The position numbers and the translations under genes are program-made. Below the pieces are notes generated by a model. The model did no database searches. It saw only the letters and a list, made by a program, of their open reading frames with translations, and was not told where the DNA came from. Positions 26,905 through 38,434 of a DNA stretch of 64,000 nt are shown here, piece by piece. This DNA comes from Vicugna vicugna (taxonomy: Eukaryota). Location of the stretch: positions 4,189,741 through 4,253,740 of the forward strand of contig MU058636.1 of assembly GCA_013265495.1 (NCBI GenBank). The letters are read 5' to 3'. How positions within the stretch are numbered: the first letter of the stretch is position 1; every line of letters begins with the position of its first letter.

Positions 26905-29364
26905 CAGTCATGTGGCAGCCACAGCTGAATGCCACCCAGTGCCCATTCAAAAATAATCCATTGTAAAATGGAAGTGAGACACCCAGGGCTAGGCATAAGC
27001 AGAGCCAGAGGGCAGAAGTAGACTACAAGAGCAGGTGACCCAAAACCACATGTCATCCACCACTGCTGTACCTTTGCCTCCACTGACACCTCTAGCTTCA
27101 GGGACTGAGTGCAGGATATCCTTATAACCTGGTAACTGAGGAGCAAGGAAGCCAAGCTTATTTCATGGTAGGTTGGAGCAGTATGTGGGTGCAAGCTAGA
27201 AATGGACTGCTATTGCACTAGAGTCCTACTCAGGAGTGTCCCCGAAAGACACCATCAGAGGAAAGTCTTCCAACGGGCTTCTAGAGCTACAAACAGTGCA
27301 TCTGATCAGTTACTCCGTGTAGAAAGAAATGTAGCCAGAGAAAGAAGTACAGGCCCCTCAACAGTAGCAAATGGCTTTGATGGTTGGTTGGTTTCCTTAA
27401 AAGAAAAAGCACTGGGAGATTTGTGGTAAGAAGATCTTGAGAAGAAGCAAGTGACTGGACCCATGGGAATGTATCCATCAAATGTAAAGATCTTTGTATT
27501 TCATGTCAATGCCCATCCTACAGCACCTACTTAGAAAAGGCAAATGACATTCAAGTGAACAGAATAACTTAGCTATTTGATACAAGACAGCCTCTGCCAC
27601 TTTTCACTGTGGTGCTCCAGGATGGACACATGATGGAGTGGCCATGGTGGCCAAAAAATGGGCTTCCACTGAGTGAGACTGACCTACCTGCTGCCACTAT
27701 TCAATGTTCAACCTAGCAGCACTGGAGACCAATAATGAGCCTACAGTAAGACAATCCCTCAAAGACTCCAACCAGCCACTTGGTGGTGAGTTGACTATAC
27801 TGGATCTCTGTTACCTTCAAAGCGCAGTGTTAAGAGTTGAATTGTGCCCTCCCAGAAGATATGTTGATGTCCTAATCCCTGGTACCTGTGTAACCTTAAT
27901 TTGGAAGTAGCTTTAAAAATGTAGCCAAGATACTGTCATTAGAGTGGGCCCTAATCCAGTATGACCAGTATTCTTACAAAGAGAAAAGGCACAGACACAG
28001 ACACACAGGAAGAACACTATGTGAAGACAGAGGCAGAGACTGCAGTTATGCATCTGCAAGACAGGAAACATCAAGCACTGACAGGAAGAGGCAAGAAAGG
28101 ATTCAGCACCTGCCCCCACAGTCTTAGAGGAAGCATGGCCCTGGTGACACCCTAATTTTGGACTTCTACTCTCCACAATGGTGAGAAAATAAATGTCTGT
28201 TATTTTAAGCTGCCCAGTTCACGGTACTTTGTTACAGGAGCCCTAGCAAACCAACACAGGCAGTACTTCACAGCGACTGAACTGACACACACTCCAAGTA
28301 AGGGTTTGCCTCCTTTGCCTATATGACCTCAGCCAACATCAGTAAGCAAGGGCTCAGAGTGTTTTATTCACCAACACAAAAATCCATATGATATTACATG
28401 AACCAAGAGCTCTACTTCTCAGCAAAGGAGCTGCAGTAGTGAGCATGTGACCACAGAATTCACTGATCTATTTACATACCCAACTATCTGAAGACTGTCG
28501 CCCTGATGGGCCAATAGGAGCTTTTTGAAGGTACAGCTGAAGAGCCTACTTGGAGAGAACACCCTGTGGGGATAGTGTGCCATCCTCCAGGATGCAGTAC
28601 ACATCCTATATCAATGACAATATATAGCAGTAGATGAATACACGGGTCTGGGAATCAAAACATGGAAGTAGATGCTGTCCTGTTGGCATCATTCAGTGGC
28701 ACATCTGTGAAATTTGTTCATCCCATTCTCCTATCTTTAGGCTCTGCAGATATAAAGGCTCTGGTTTCTAGGAGAGCACCTTCATCACGGGACACAGGAA
28801 AAGTCCTATTTAGGTTTAAGTACGGCTGCTGCTTAGTTGCTTAGGCTTCTTTGCCAAAAGACCAGGAAGGAAAGAAAAGGTCACCAAATTGGCAGGAGTT
28901 ATTAACCTGATTCTTATGAGAAGTCTCATTAGACAGTGGTTGGAGAGGAAGTATCTCTGGAATTTAGGTAATGCACTGGAATAACTCTTTGTACTGCTGT
29001 GCCCAGTTTTCATGTTAAATTAACAAGGACAATAACTATGACTTTAGAAGGACAAAGTGACCATGAGCTTAAATACCTCAGAATGAGGTTCTGGGCCTCC
29101 CCACCAGGTAAGTTACTGATACCAGCAGGGGCACTAGCCAAAGGAAAGAGAAATCTGGAATGAGCAAGAAAAGAGGGTGATAATGAGCACTGATTGTGGC
29201 CTTCAGACCAGTTGCAGCAATGGGAGATAGAGTTCATCCCAATAAATTTCCTCTTGAAAACTTCCCCAGGAAAAGAGACTACCAGAGTCCTGGGGGAGCT
29301 ATTTGTAAATGCATTAAACTTATTATATGAAGAAAGTGAATCCAAGTAGCACAAGGAGAGGAAG
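26905..29364 (+). mobile_element. ERVL internal remnant (ERV3-16A3-like): connection, RNase H, integrase and dUTPase pseudo-ORFs
   Basis: Decayed peptides SIVKWK (26957), YVGAS.KWTA (27182), integrase WW*VDYTG (27781) continuing after the MLT1C, dUTPase-like LGSA..LAGVI (28737-28905); purine tract aaggagaggaag before the LTR. Confidence 0.8.
27828..28258 (+). mobile_element. MLT1C solo LTR nested in the ERVL integrase
   Basis: TG...CA ends; gggccctaatccagtatgac, gtgaagacagaggcagag; TSD cgcag/ggcag. Confidence 0.9.
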
Positions 29365-29704
29365 TGTGATCAGTACTCAGCTAGGTCACCCAGATCTGGC
29401 AGCATTACTCTGGGAATTTCCCTTGGCTGCATGTGGCGTCTCAGCCAAGGATATTCCCTACTCCTTGATGCAGATGATGCCTAATGACTGAGGAATGCTC
29501 AAGGGCCAGACTTGCTTGCCTTGATTTTGGATTGGCTGAGGCTGCTATTGCAACTGCATCACAGTTCAAATTCTGCTGTTCAATATTCCTTCCTGTGTCC
29601 TTTCACCAGTATTATTTCTGAGAATACTCTCTAATAAACGCCTGAACTCAAATCTCAGAGTCTCAGATATGTTTTACCAAAGAAACACTCCCTCCCCTAT
29701 GACA
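29365..29704 (+). mobile_element. LTR16A-like 3' LTR of the ERVL
   Basis: Follows the PPT; gcaactgcatcacagttcaa, ctctaATAAAcgcctg..caaatctcagagtc. Confidence 0.7.
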
Positions 29705-30672
29705 GCAGAGGTCTTGGGTCATAGATACATAATCAGCTGACAGGCCAAAGTATCATCTGAGACTCTGGACCCCACCAGCAATGTAGACAGCATACCAAGA
29801 CAGGTACGCCTTGGAATATACAGTTTAGATTACTTCTATGGGATAGCACTTAAATAACAGACTCAATACCTAAACCTACCTATGGCTCTCTCTCTCAAAT
29901 ACTCCCCAATGGCAAAGAATAGGAAGAGTGGCAGAAATAACACCAATTTGGGAGCTTCCAAAGATGACGTAATAAGACAATACTCAATGCTTGTGTAGCT
30001 TTTCTGATACAAAATTGACCCAGGAGAGTGAGGCTGCACCTAGTCATCTAAGAGTTTGGTCAGTATATGAAAATGCAGCTCTATGAATTGGGATGCTGAA
30101 AACAACTGAGCCAGGTACCTCTATGTCAAATCCTGAGGTACTAGCTTTTGCATGTGAGCCTGGAATTTTCCTCTAAAGGTAGAAAGCACCTATAAAACAT
30201 GCACTTCAACTTCAGGGACCATGGAGTATTCCAAAGTGAGGTGGGCAATTCAACAGCACAAATTTGGCTCTCACGGATGTGTGCAACTTTGACCCACTGT
30301 GCTACAAAACAGAAATGTGGAATAGCATCTAGGAAGCTGTTTGCAATGAGTGTAAGAGTGATTCCACACTGACCACTTGGGGCTTGGGCATGGATCTCAG
30401 GGAGAGCCTACTTGCCCTACCTTAGTTTTAAGAATTCTTTTTCAGCCAGAAGGATAGTGGTATACTTATAGCATGTGTTCCTCAGATTATGATAGATTTC
30501 TTCAAATGCCTATGCCAGCCAGTTGCTAAATAGTGCAGACCTTTCCTGCAGCAAAGGGAGGGAGTATCAAACGTGGCAAAGAAATTTGCTCTGAAACACA
30601 AGCTGAAATAACCTTCTCATATCAAATGAGGGGGTGGGGGTGGAGCAAGAGACACATCTTAGTTAAGTCTCT

Positions 30673-31060
30673 GTATCCAATAGTGTCCAGTCAGAAAAAT
30701 AGAACTCATACCATATTACATAAAGGGGATTTAAAACAGGGAATTGATTTTATAAATATTGGGAGATCAGAAAGAGCAAAAAAAGCATGCTGAGGTCACT
30801 CAGAGATTAATAACAGCAGAAGTCAGTTCCAATATTGGTCCAGGGAACTCAAAGGAAGAGCTAGGGTTACCAGAACCTAGGAGTTCAAGATGGGGCTCTT
30901 CAAGACCGGTGTTCAGACCTACAGGGTAGGATTCACTTAGCCTGAGGAGGCGATGCTCTGTGACTGGTGGCCAAAGAAGCTGGGGTTCCCACGGATATGA
31001 GAACATATTGGTGGTTGACAGGAGTAGGGGGTGGGGATGGGCAAAATGGTGAAGGGGAAT
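30673..31060 (-). mobile_element. Ancient LTR (LTR78/LTR79-like)
   Basis: gtccagtcagaaaaatagaa...gatttaaaacagggaattg...cagagattaataacagcagaag. Confidence 0.55.
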
Positions 31061-31084
31061 TCTGCCCTATAAGAAGTACAATTA

Positions 31085-31385
31085 CTCATGTGGAGAGGAG
31101 AGGTCCTGAGACAACACAAGGAGGGAAAGGACCCAGTTGAGCTCAGAACTGAGGTCACCACTAAAGCCCCAGGCATGTTAAGAGGTCATCTGGACCCTTC
31201 AGACCAGCCACCAGATGAGTACCATAAAGTCAACCCTGTTGATGTAATCATACGAAGCAGAAGAATCTCCCAGCCCAGCTTTGCCCAAAAGACTTATCAA
31301 ATCATGAGATACATAATAAAATGATTATGTTTAAAGCTACAAGTTTCGAGAATAGTTTTTATTGCAACAATGAATACCTCAAATG
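31085..31385 (+). mobile_element. MLT1H-like LTR 3' half
   Basis: catgtggagagg...cagaccagccaccagatgagtacca...catgagatacataataaaatg. Confidence 0.65.
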
Positions 31386-32027
31386 ATTTACACTTGCTCT
31401 ATTTTTTTTTTTTTTTGGTAACTTCCACTTTATGGCCCTCCCAGACTCATAGAGGGAGAAATTCTGCCTACTCTGGACTTCCTAAATCTCTCCTCAGAGA
31501 ATGATTTAATGCCTTCAACAGTAACCTCTCTGTTTTATGGCACACACTGAAACAGCATTAGCAAGACCCTGGGTGGATCCCTGGAATCCAATATTCTTTC
31601 CCAATTTCTACAATCCTGGCCATATGAGGAGTTTTATCCCAAAGGCTAAAGAATGTCACTTGGCTTTTTGATTCAAGGCACATTACGGTAAAACAGCACT
31701 TACAATTTAAAACACAAGAATGTACACTGTAAACAAAGAGTAATTTCACTCCCAAGAATGCTCTTTCAATTTGGCCATGTGGTCAAAGGCATTTTTTTTC
31801 TGTGGGATCATTGTGGTTTGGTGTGACATGGAATGATTATATTTAGAAAGCATTTTCTTTGGACAACCATGCCAAACTTGTGCAGTTACACACCATATGC
31901 TTTTCATTTTGCAATAATCTATTCTGAGATTTATATTTTCCCTGTTTTCCGAGGTAGTCTTTCCCGAGTGACAGCATGAAAAAAATTACAGGAGCTACTT
32001 TTACTGGCTTATGAAGCACTTGAACTC

Positions 32028-32157
32028 ATTTTTTAAAGTGAAGTATGGTTGATGTACAATATTATTTAAGTTACAGGTGTACCATATAGTGAGTCACAAT
32101 TTTTAAAGGTTATACTCCATTTATAGTTACTGCAAAATATTGGCTACATTCCTCCTG
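32028..32157 (-). mobile_element. Short cetartiodactyl-type L1 3' end
   Basis: ttttttaaagtgaagtatggttgatgtacaat...tttaaaggttatactccatttatagtta...aaatattggctacattc. Confidence 0.75.
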
Positions 32158-32324
32158 AACTCTTTTAAAATACTGGCTTCCTGGTATCTATTAAAGCCTT
32201 TACCTTTAGATAGCATCATCAAGTTATGTATAGTGGTTTTTCCTCTGGAATTCTGTCATTATATTTTTAGGTTTCATCTATCATTGAAAGCATTAAATAA
32301 TGCATTTGTGAATGGATTCCTAAA

Positions 32325-32367
32325 CTGATTATTCAGTATCTTCCTCCCACAGATACTGAATAATCAG
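32325..32367. repeat. Perfect 17-bp inverted repeat with 9-nt spacer
   Basis: ctgattattcagtatct - tcctcccac - agatactgaataatcag. Confidence 0.95.
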
Positions 32368-32685
32368 CTTTTATAAAAAGTTTTCCTGGTAATTAATCCT
32401 GCAGGTGGTCTAGGACAAGCTTGGAAAAGAAGGAGCAGCCTCATTCCCAACCCTGTATTTCAACCAGCAGTTTAACATAAAATCCTGGTTTGAGGAGGGT
32501 AGATTGAGAGCAGGGACAGGCTTAAAAGAGAGCCCTCTCCCAGCCTCACAGGACTGATCTAGTGCTTCCTTCAGAATCACATAGACAAATTAGGAAACTC
32601 AATTTAGTCTTGCTAGACATCAGAATATGATTTATAAAATTATAAAAGTAGTGCTGTTCATAAGGATCTGAAAATGCCCTTAATG

Positions 32686-33136
32686 CAGTTAGTTCTCAGG
32701 ACAAGCTGCAAAGCAGAATCACCTGGGGAGCTGTTAAAGGTCTATAAGATAAAGGTATTTAAGTGTGAGGTCTGGACTTGAACACAAGGCATGGGTGAAT
32801 CCGAGCAGGTTTTTATCTCCTTCACTCTAGGTGATACACTTCTATTATTGCTGTATTTGTGTTATCTTTTCCAATAGAGACATCTCATTTTCCACTCATG
32901 TGAAATTTTGTTTTGATTGGAATGTCTTTTACACCCAAGTTACTGTTAAAGCCAGATCTTCCCCAAACTCTATTTGTGTAGTTTTGATACCTTTCAAATA
33001 AAAGTGCACAGCCTTACAAAGATTTAAGACCAAGCTATACCCTAGACCAACTAAATCAGAATCCCTGAGTGGGACGTCCGTATTTTTAAAGGTCTCCTGG
33101 AGATTTTAACGAACAGTCAAGGTTAAGAACCACCTG
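32686..33136. mobile_element. MER5A1-like hAT MITE interrupted by a ~260-bp insert
   Basis: Left half agaatcacctggggagctgttaaa; right half agaccaactaaatcagaatc...ggttaagaaccac. Confidence 0.75.
32758..33021 (+). repeat. Diverged direct copy of 41433-41695
   Basis: Colinear alignment by eye, e.g. tccgagcagg, ctgttaaagcca, tgtgtagttttgata, aagtgcacagccttacaaag. Confidence 0.93.
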
Positions 33137-33783
33137 AATGTCAATCTTATGGAACTAGAACATTTGCCCTCAATTTTTGGAATTAGTAGCAAAAATGACA
33201 TGTCACACAACAGTCCCCAGCACGAACTGGCTGTTTGAGGAACATATGTTTTAACAGGAACAATGGGCATAGGAGACAAAAAGACTAAGTGGCTAGTGTG
33301 TTTGAGGAGTGGCACTGCAGATGGCCCTGGGTTCCAGGAATTATCACAGAATTTAAGAATTTACAAGGATCCTCAGGCTTCAATACTCTAATTGGCTGGT
33401 TTTAACAAATAAGAAAAATGAAGTCACAGCAAGTCAGTGGCACAGGCAGGATGTGGCCTGTGATTACCAGGCCAGTGATTTTCTCACTGGTCCAGTTCCC
33501 AGTAGCTCAGTCATCACTTTGGGAGATCATGGAGCCACATGAACTCAGAATGGCTGGATCTCACCCCCTAACTCACTCCTGGAGAAAAAATTTGATACAG
33601 AGAAAATATGGATCAATATTTCATTCACATCTCTAGTTTATTATCCATTTAGAAGGCATTCACATCTTTGTTAACAATGAATGTCCTCTCTGCCCTTAGT
33701 TTCTACTAAAAGGGTAGTATGGACTGGATTACAACCCATTTGGTCCTTGTACTCTTCCATCACGACTCAAAAGTGAGTTACAG

Positions 33784-33943
33784 GGGGAGGGTATAGCACA
33801 AGTGGTAAAGTACGTGCTTAGCATGCAGGAGGTCCTGCATTCAATGCCCAGTACCTCCTCTAAAAATAAATAAAACCTAATTACCTCTACCCTGCCAAAA
33901 TAAAAATAATTAAATAATACAATAATAAATTAAAAAATATTTA
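33784..33943 (+). mobile_element. tRNA-derived SINE, camelid Vic-1 type
   Basis: ggggagggtatagcacaagtggta (A box)...gcattcaatgccc (degenerate B box), aaacctaattacctc, A-rich tail, TSD-like aaaagtgagtta / aaaagtggtttc. Confidence 0.85.
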
Positions 33944-34929
33944 AAAAGTGGTTTCCTTTTTTTTTCTGATCTCTTCTGCCTCCCTCACTCTTTTGACCCT
34001 CATTATTTACTTCCCCATATTAGTTAGTCTATTTGACCATATGTATGTACATATATTTTTTCTAATAAATTCTTAGTATCTCAACATCTCACACAAAGTT
34101 GATACTCAATTTAGGCTGCCAGATTTGCTGGATTCTATTTTAATATTAATTCATTTTATATTCCTATTCTCATATTTTGTTACAATGCTGGGGAAGAGAA
34201 AGATTTTACATTTATTTACTTGAGCTCTAAATCTGGCTTCCTCACTGCTTTTTGAACCAATCAGGGAGTTTCCGCTTCTTTTAAAAAGTACAGGTGCCAG
34301 GGGGCCTAATATTAACCTATAGTCGGCAATGAGACATCTCTGTCATCCTAATTGTTCATTTGCAACCCAACATCTTTCTACCCAACATCCTAGTTCCCAG
34401 AAAAATATAACTTTCATGTCACTAGGAAGTCAATTACAGTGAAGCAATGTCTCAGCAATTTGCTTCTATTGTAGCTTAGTGCACTGCTCTGGGGAGTAAT
34501 GGAGAAAGTGACCATGTTTTCCAAGTGAAAAGTCAGCACAGGTTAAAAGGAAACAAAGATGCAAGGACTTATGGCTGCTGCGGTAGTTAAGATCCCTTCC
34601 CACCTCCCAGTCTCTGGAGAGAACTGAAATAACATGATGCCTCATTAAACACACTCGGCAGCCTCATCTCTGAGATCCACTTACCAGTGTAAAGAATAAA
34701 TGTTATGTCTCAAAATAGTTCTTTTTGAAAACTGTCTTTCTTGTCAAAATTTAGCTTGAAAAGGAATACTTCCTTAATTTTAGTTTCTTAAATTACCCTA
34801 CTTGCTCTAATTAGAGCTATATTTAAATCTTTGATTTCATAACTCTAAGTTAGTAGACTGAATGGAAGTGAGTTCTTGTCAAACAAATATTAAGAATCAT
34901 TATATTAATATCACTATATTATTACAGTG

Positions 34930-35000
34930 ATATATATTGTTTTATGTATATATACTGTTCTGTGTATATATGTTGTATATATATTGTTCTGTGTATATAC
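34930..35000. repeat. Degenerate AT-rich minisatellite (tatatattgttctgtg-like unit)
   Basis: Direct read. Confidence 0.7.
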
Positions 35001-35027
35001 TACTTCATGAAAAACAAAAATGAATGC

Positions 35028-35189
35028 TTTAAAGCTTTAACAACTGGCTTTCCAAATACAAGTACTGATTTGTAGAATCTGCCAGTTCCTGTGGTGGAAA
35101 TACTCCAGCTATATCTAGTCAAACTACCAAATGACATCACAGAACATGGAGTTAGAAAGAGACGGGCTGGCTCCTGTATATCACCGCTT
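35028..35189 (-). mobile_element. MER63A-like hAT MITE
   Basis: ttaacaactggc, ctgatttgtag, gtggtggaaatactcc, tgacatcac, ggagttagaaagaga, gctggctcc. Confidence 0.7.
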
Positions 35190-35280
35190 ATCTCCATCTA
35201 AATTTGTGTCCTACATCTTCTATTAGAGAGATTTTTCATTATGTGATTATCATATCAACAGAAAACATTTTAGATATCAT

Positions 35281-35873
35281 TTTGGCTATATGGAGTTCTC
35301 CCTGGTTCCATAAAAATTTTGGAATTGCTTTTTCTATCTCTTTAAAGAAAATGTCACTGGAATTTTGATTGGGATTGCAATGAACCCATAGATTGCTTCG
35401 TGCAGTGTGGAGATTTTAACAGTATTAAGTCTTTCAATCCTTAAACACAGCATGTCTTTCCATTTGTTTGTGTCTTCTTTAATTTACTTGAACACTGTTT
35501 TGTAGTTTTCAATGTAAAAGTCTTTCATCTTAGTTTGTTTATTCCTAGGTATTTTATTCTTTTCAATGTCATTATAAGTGGGATTGTTTATCTAATTTCC
35601 TTTTCAGGTAACTTATTGTTACTGTATAGAAATACAATTTTCATGTGTTGATTTTGTATCCTGAAACTTTGCTGAGTGGAGTCTTCGGAGTTGTCTATAT
35701 ATAAGATCTATGTCACCTGCAAACAAGGACAATTTTACTTCTTCTTGTCCAATTTGGATGCCTTTTATTTCTTTTTCTTGCCTAACATCTCTGGCTAGGA
35801 CTTCCAGTATACAACAGAAGTGGTGAGAGTGGGTCCCCTTGCCCTGTTCCTGATCTGAGAGAAAAAGCTTTCA
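35281..35873 (-). mobile_element. L1 (L1MA-like) ORF2 segment, inverted part
   Basis: Antisense ORF2: ttttgattgggattgca, tttggatgccttttatttc, ctggctaggacttccagta, ending gaaaaagctttca. Confidence 0.9.
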
Positions 35874-36762
35874 AACAGAGCCACGAATGATTCTGAATAG
35901 CTAAATCAACATTGAGAAAGAAGAACAAAGCTGGAGGCACTACACTCTCTGATTTCAAAATATATTACAAAGCTACAGTAATAACAGTATAGTACTTGCA
36001 TAAAGAGAGACAATGGACCAATGAAACCATATAACCTGAAACCACTAAACTCCTAGAAGAAAACAGAGAATAAAAGCTTTGGTTTTAGCAATGATTTCAC
36101 TGACATGACATCCAAAGCATAGAAAACAAAAATACATAACAAAAATAAGAAAATGAGTCTACACCAAAAGAAGTAACAAAGTGAAAAGGCAACCTATGAA
36201 ATGGGAGAAAATGTTAGCAAACTATATTTGATAATGGGTTAATTTCCAAACTATGTAATTAACTCTTACAACTAAATAATCAATAACTAATAACCCAACT
36301 TAAAAATGGGCTAAAGACTTAAACAGACATTTCTCCAAAGACCAAAAGGTATATAAAAATGCACTCAACATCACTTGTCATCAGGGAAATGCATAATGGA
36401 ATTACAATGTCACATTTCTTAGGGTGACTATTACCAAAAAACCCTAAAAGTCAACAAGTGTTGATGAGGATGTGGGAACCCCTGTACACTATTGGTAGGA
36501 ATGCAAAATGGTGAGGTTGCTATGGAAAACAATATGGGGAGTCCTCAAAAAATTAAAATTAGAACTACTATTACTATATGATCTTACAAATTCACTTCCG
36601 GGTGTTTATCCAAAGAATAAAAATCAGCGTATCAAACAGATACTAGCATTCCCTCATTCACTGTAGCACTATTCATAATAGCCAAGATGCAGAAACAACC
36701 TAAATGTCCATCGATGAATGAATGGATTTTTAAAATATGGCATGTGTATGTATACACACACA
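35874..36762 (+). mobile_element. L1 (L1MA-like) ORF2 3' segment, sense part
   Basis: gaacaaagctggaggca, ttacaaagctacagtaat, gacatttctccaaag, caacctaaatgtccatcgatgaatgaatgga. Confidence 0.9.
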
Positions 36763-37039
36763 CTAGTTTAGAACTCAATTATCATGGAGGTTTGTACATC
36801 TCACCAATTATTTCCAGAGAAGCAAACATTAGATAGCAATATATTAGAATTGAAAATGAAAAGTAATGCAGGTTCACGACCTGTCTTCCAAACCCTTGAA
36901 GTCATAAGTGCTTTCATACTCAGAATTTTTCATCAGTGTTCTAAGGCAGAATCAGTAACTAAATACATTAGTATTTCTACATAGAAATGTATGAATATTT
37001 ACATAAACTGGGATGAATAAAGACTAACTATAGCCTCGT

Positions 37040-37176
37040 GTCAGTTAAGGTCAGGTTTTGTGGCCAAATGAGTTTAGAGCAGATCAGATTTTGCAGCCAG
37101 ATGAGTTGTGAAAAGATTTTCAATTTCCAGAGCTTTTTTCCATCCTAGAAATAGAGATAAGAGTTTGAGAACCTAC
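37040..37176 (+). mobile_element. Ancient Tigger15a-like DNA transposon end
   Basis: ttaaggtcaggttttg...ccagatgagtt...tttccagagctttttt...gataagagtttgagaacct. Confidence 0.45.
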
Positions 37177-38219
37177 ACTGAAAAGAGGAACTTTGCTTTT
37201 AAAGAGCTTTACATTGTTGTTGAGTGATTTTCTTTACAGCTTTTATATATCATCTAACATGATTGTAAAATGCTGTAGTTAACTTACATTATCAAAAACA
37301 AAACCCAAAAAACTTTTAAGTTTTAAGACCACCTATCCTGTAAAAATAATATATAGAAAATTAGAGAGAACTAAAAATTATGCCCATTTTCAGCATGTCA
37401 AAATCAGTACATCACCAGTGTGATCTCTTTTAAATTGTTGTCTATTTACAATTCCAAATAAAGTTCAGACCACAAAAAAAGTATGGAGTTACATACGACT
37501 GTGTTGTGCTTTGGGGTGTGCAAGGTGGGGCAGCTGTAAAATCAATCTTTTCTTCTTTTTCATTCTATTGCATAATTTAAGAAAGAAATTGTTTTCAGTT
37601 TCAGAAAATCAAGATTCTAGTAACTCAGTGCTAATATTTATCATTTTCTACTCTTTCCTTTGTCCCCAAACTCCAGTCAATTATATTCACACCCCCTCTC
37701 ATTTTGAAATAACCAGAAAAAGTCTTCTATTTTTTACCACTATTTTGAAGCAATAAGCAGAACTGTCAGAAAAGTTTTATGTAGGAAGTTAAAAAAACAT
37801 CAATTTCACAGGTAACTAAAGTCTAAAATCCTGCACTTGATGCTTTCTTTCCAGGGTAATTCAGCTCTCCCACTGGGGAACTTCATAAAATATATACAAA
37901 GCAAAAACTACCCTTCTTGGCAGTGAACCTTTGGCAATTGCTTCTAAGAACTCTTGAAGTGATGTAGGGCCATTTGAGGCTTTTTTCTGAACCTCCAACA
38001 TTTTGCCAATATATCGGCATGGCACTGAGCTAGAATTCAGGTTGAGAGAAGTTACATACTTTCTTTGACAGAAAAATGTTTAAATTCCAAACTGAAAACT
38101 TGGAAGATGATTTCTGAGAAGCAACTGTGTCAATATGTAAGCTTTTAAAATATTTAAACCCCTTAGTTGGAAATGAGAAAAGAAAAAAATAGACAAAAGT
38201 AGAGAGAAAAATATAGAGA

Positions 38220-38420
38220 GATGCTCCTCCTAGCATTATTTATAGTAGCAAAAAAGAGTACGCAGCCCAAATACATAAGGAGAAAGCTGCTCTAACCATT
38301 ATATTCAGTCCAGGGAATATAATACAGCCATTCAAGCCATCTACAAAACTTAAAATAACATGAAAAATGCTCATGATGTCGAGAAAAAAAACAGAATCCA
38401 AAATCTATAATAAAGTATCA
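38220..38420 (+). mobile_element. L1ME 3' fragment
   Basis: agcattatttatagtagcaaaaaa...ggaatataatacagccatt. Confidence 0.55.
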
Positions 38421-38434
38421 TCTTAGTTATCAAG

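Noticed and set aside
29705..30660. Unassigned ~1 kb after the LTR16, considered as a processed pseudogene
   Set aside because: No peptide I recognise in trial translations, and no poly(A) or TSD; a blastx search would be needed.
33784..33858. tRNA gene
   Set aside because: The tRNA-like head is followed by a SINE body, A-tail and TSD, and the B box is degenerate; it is a SINE.
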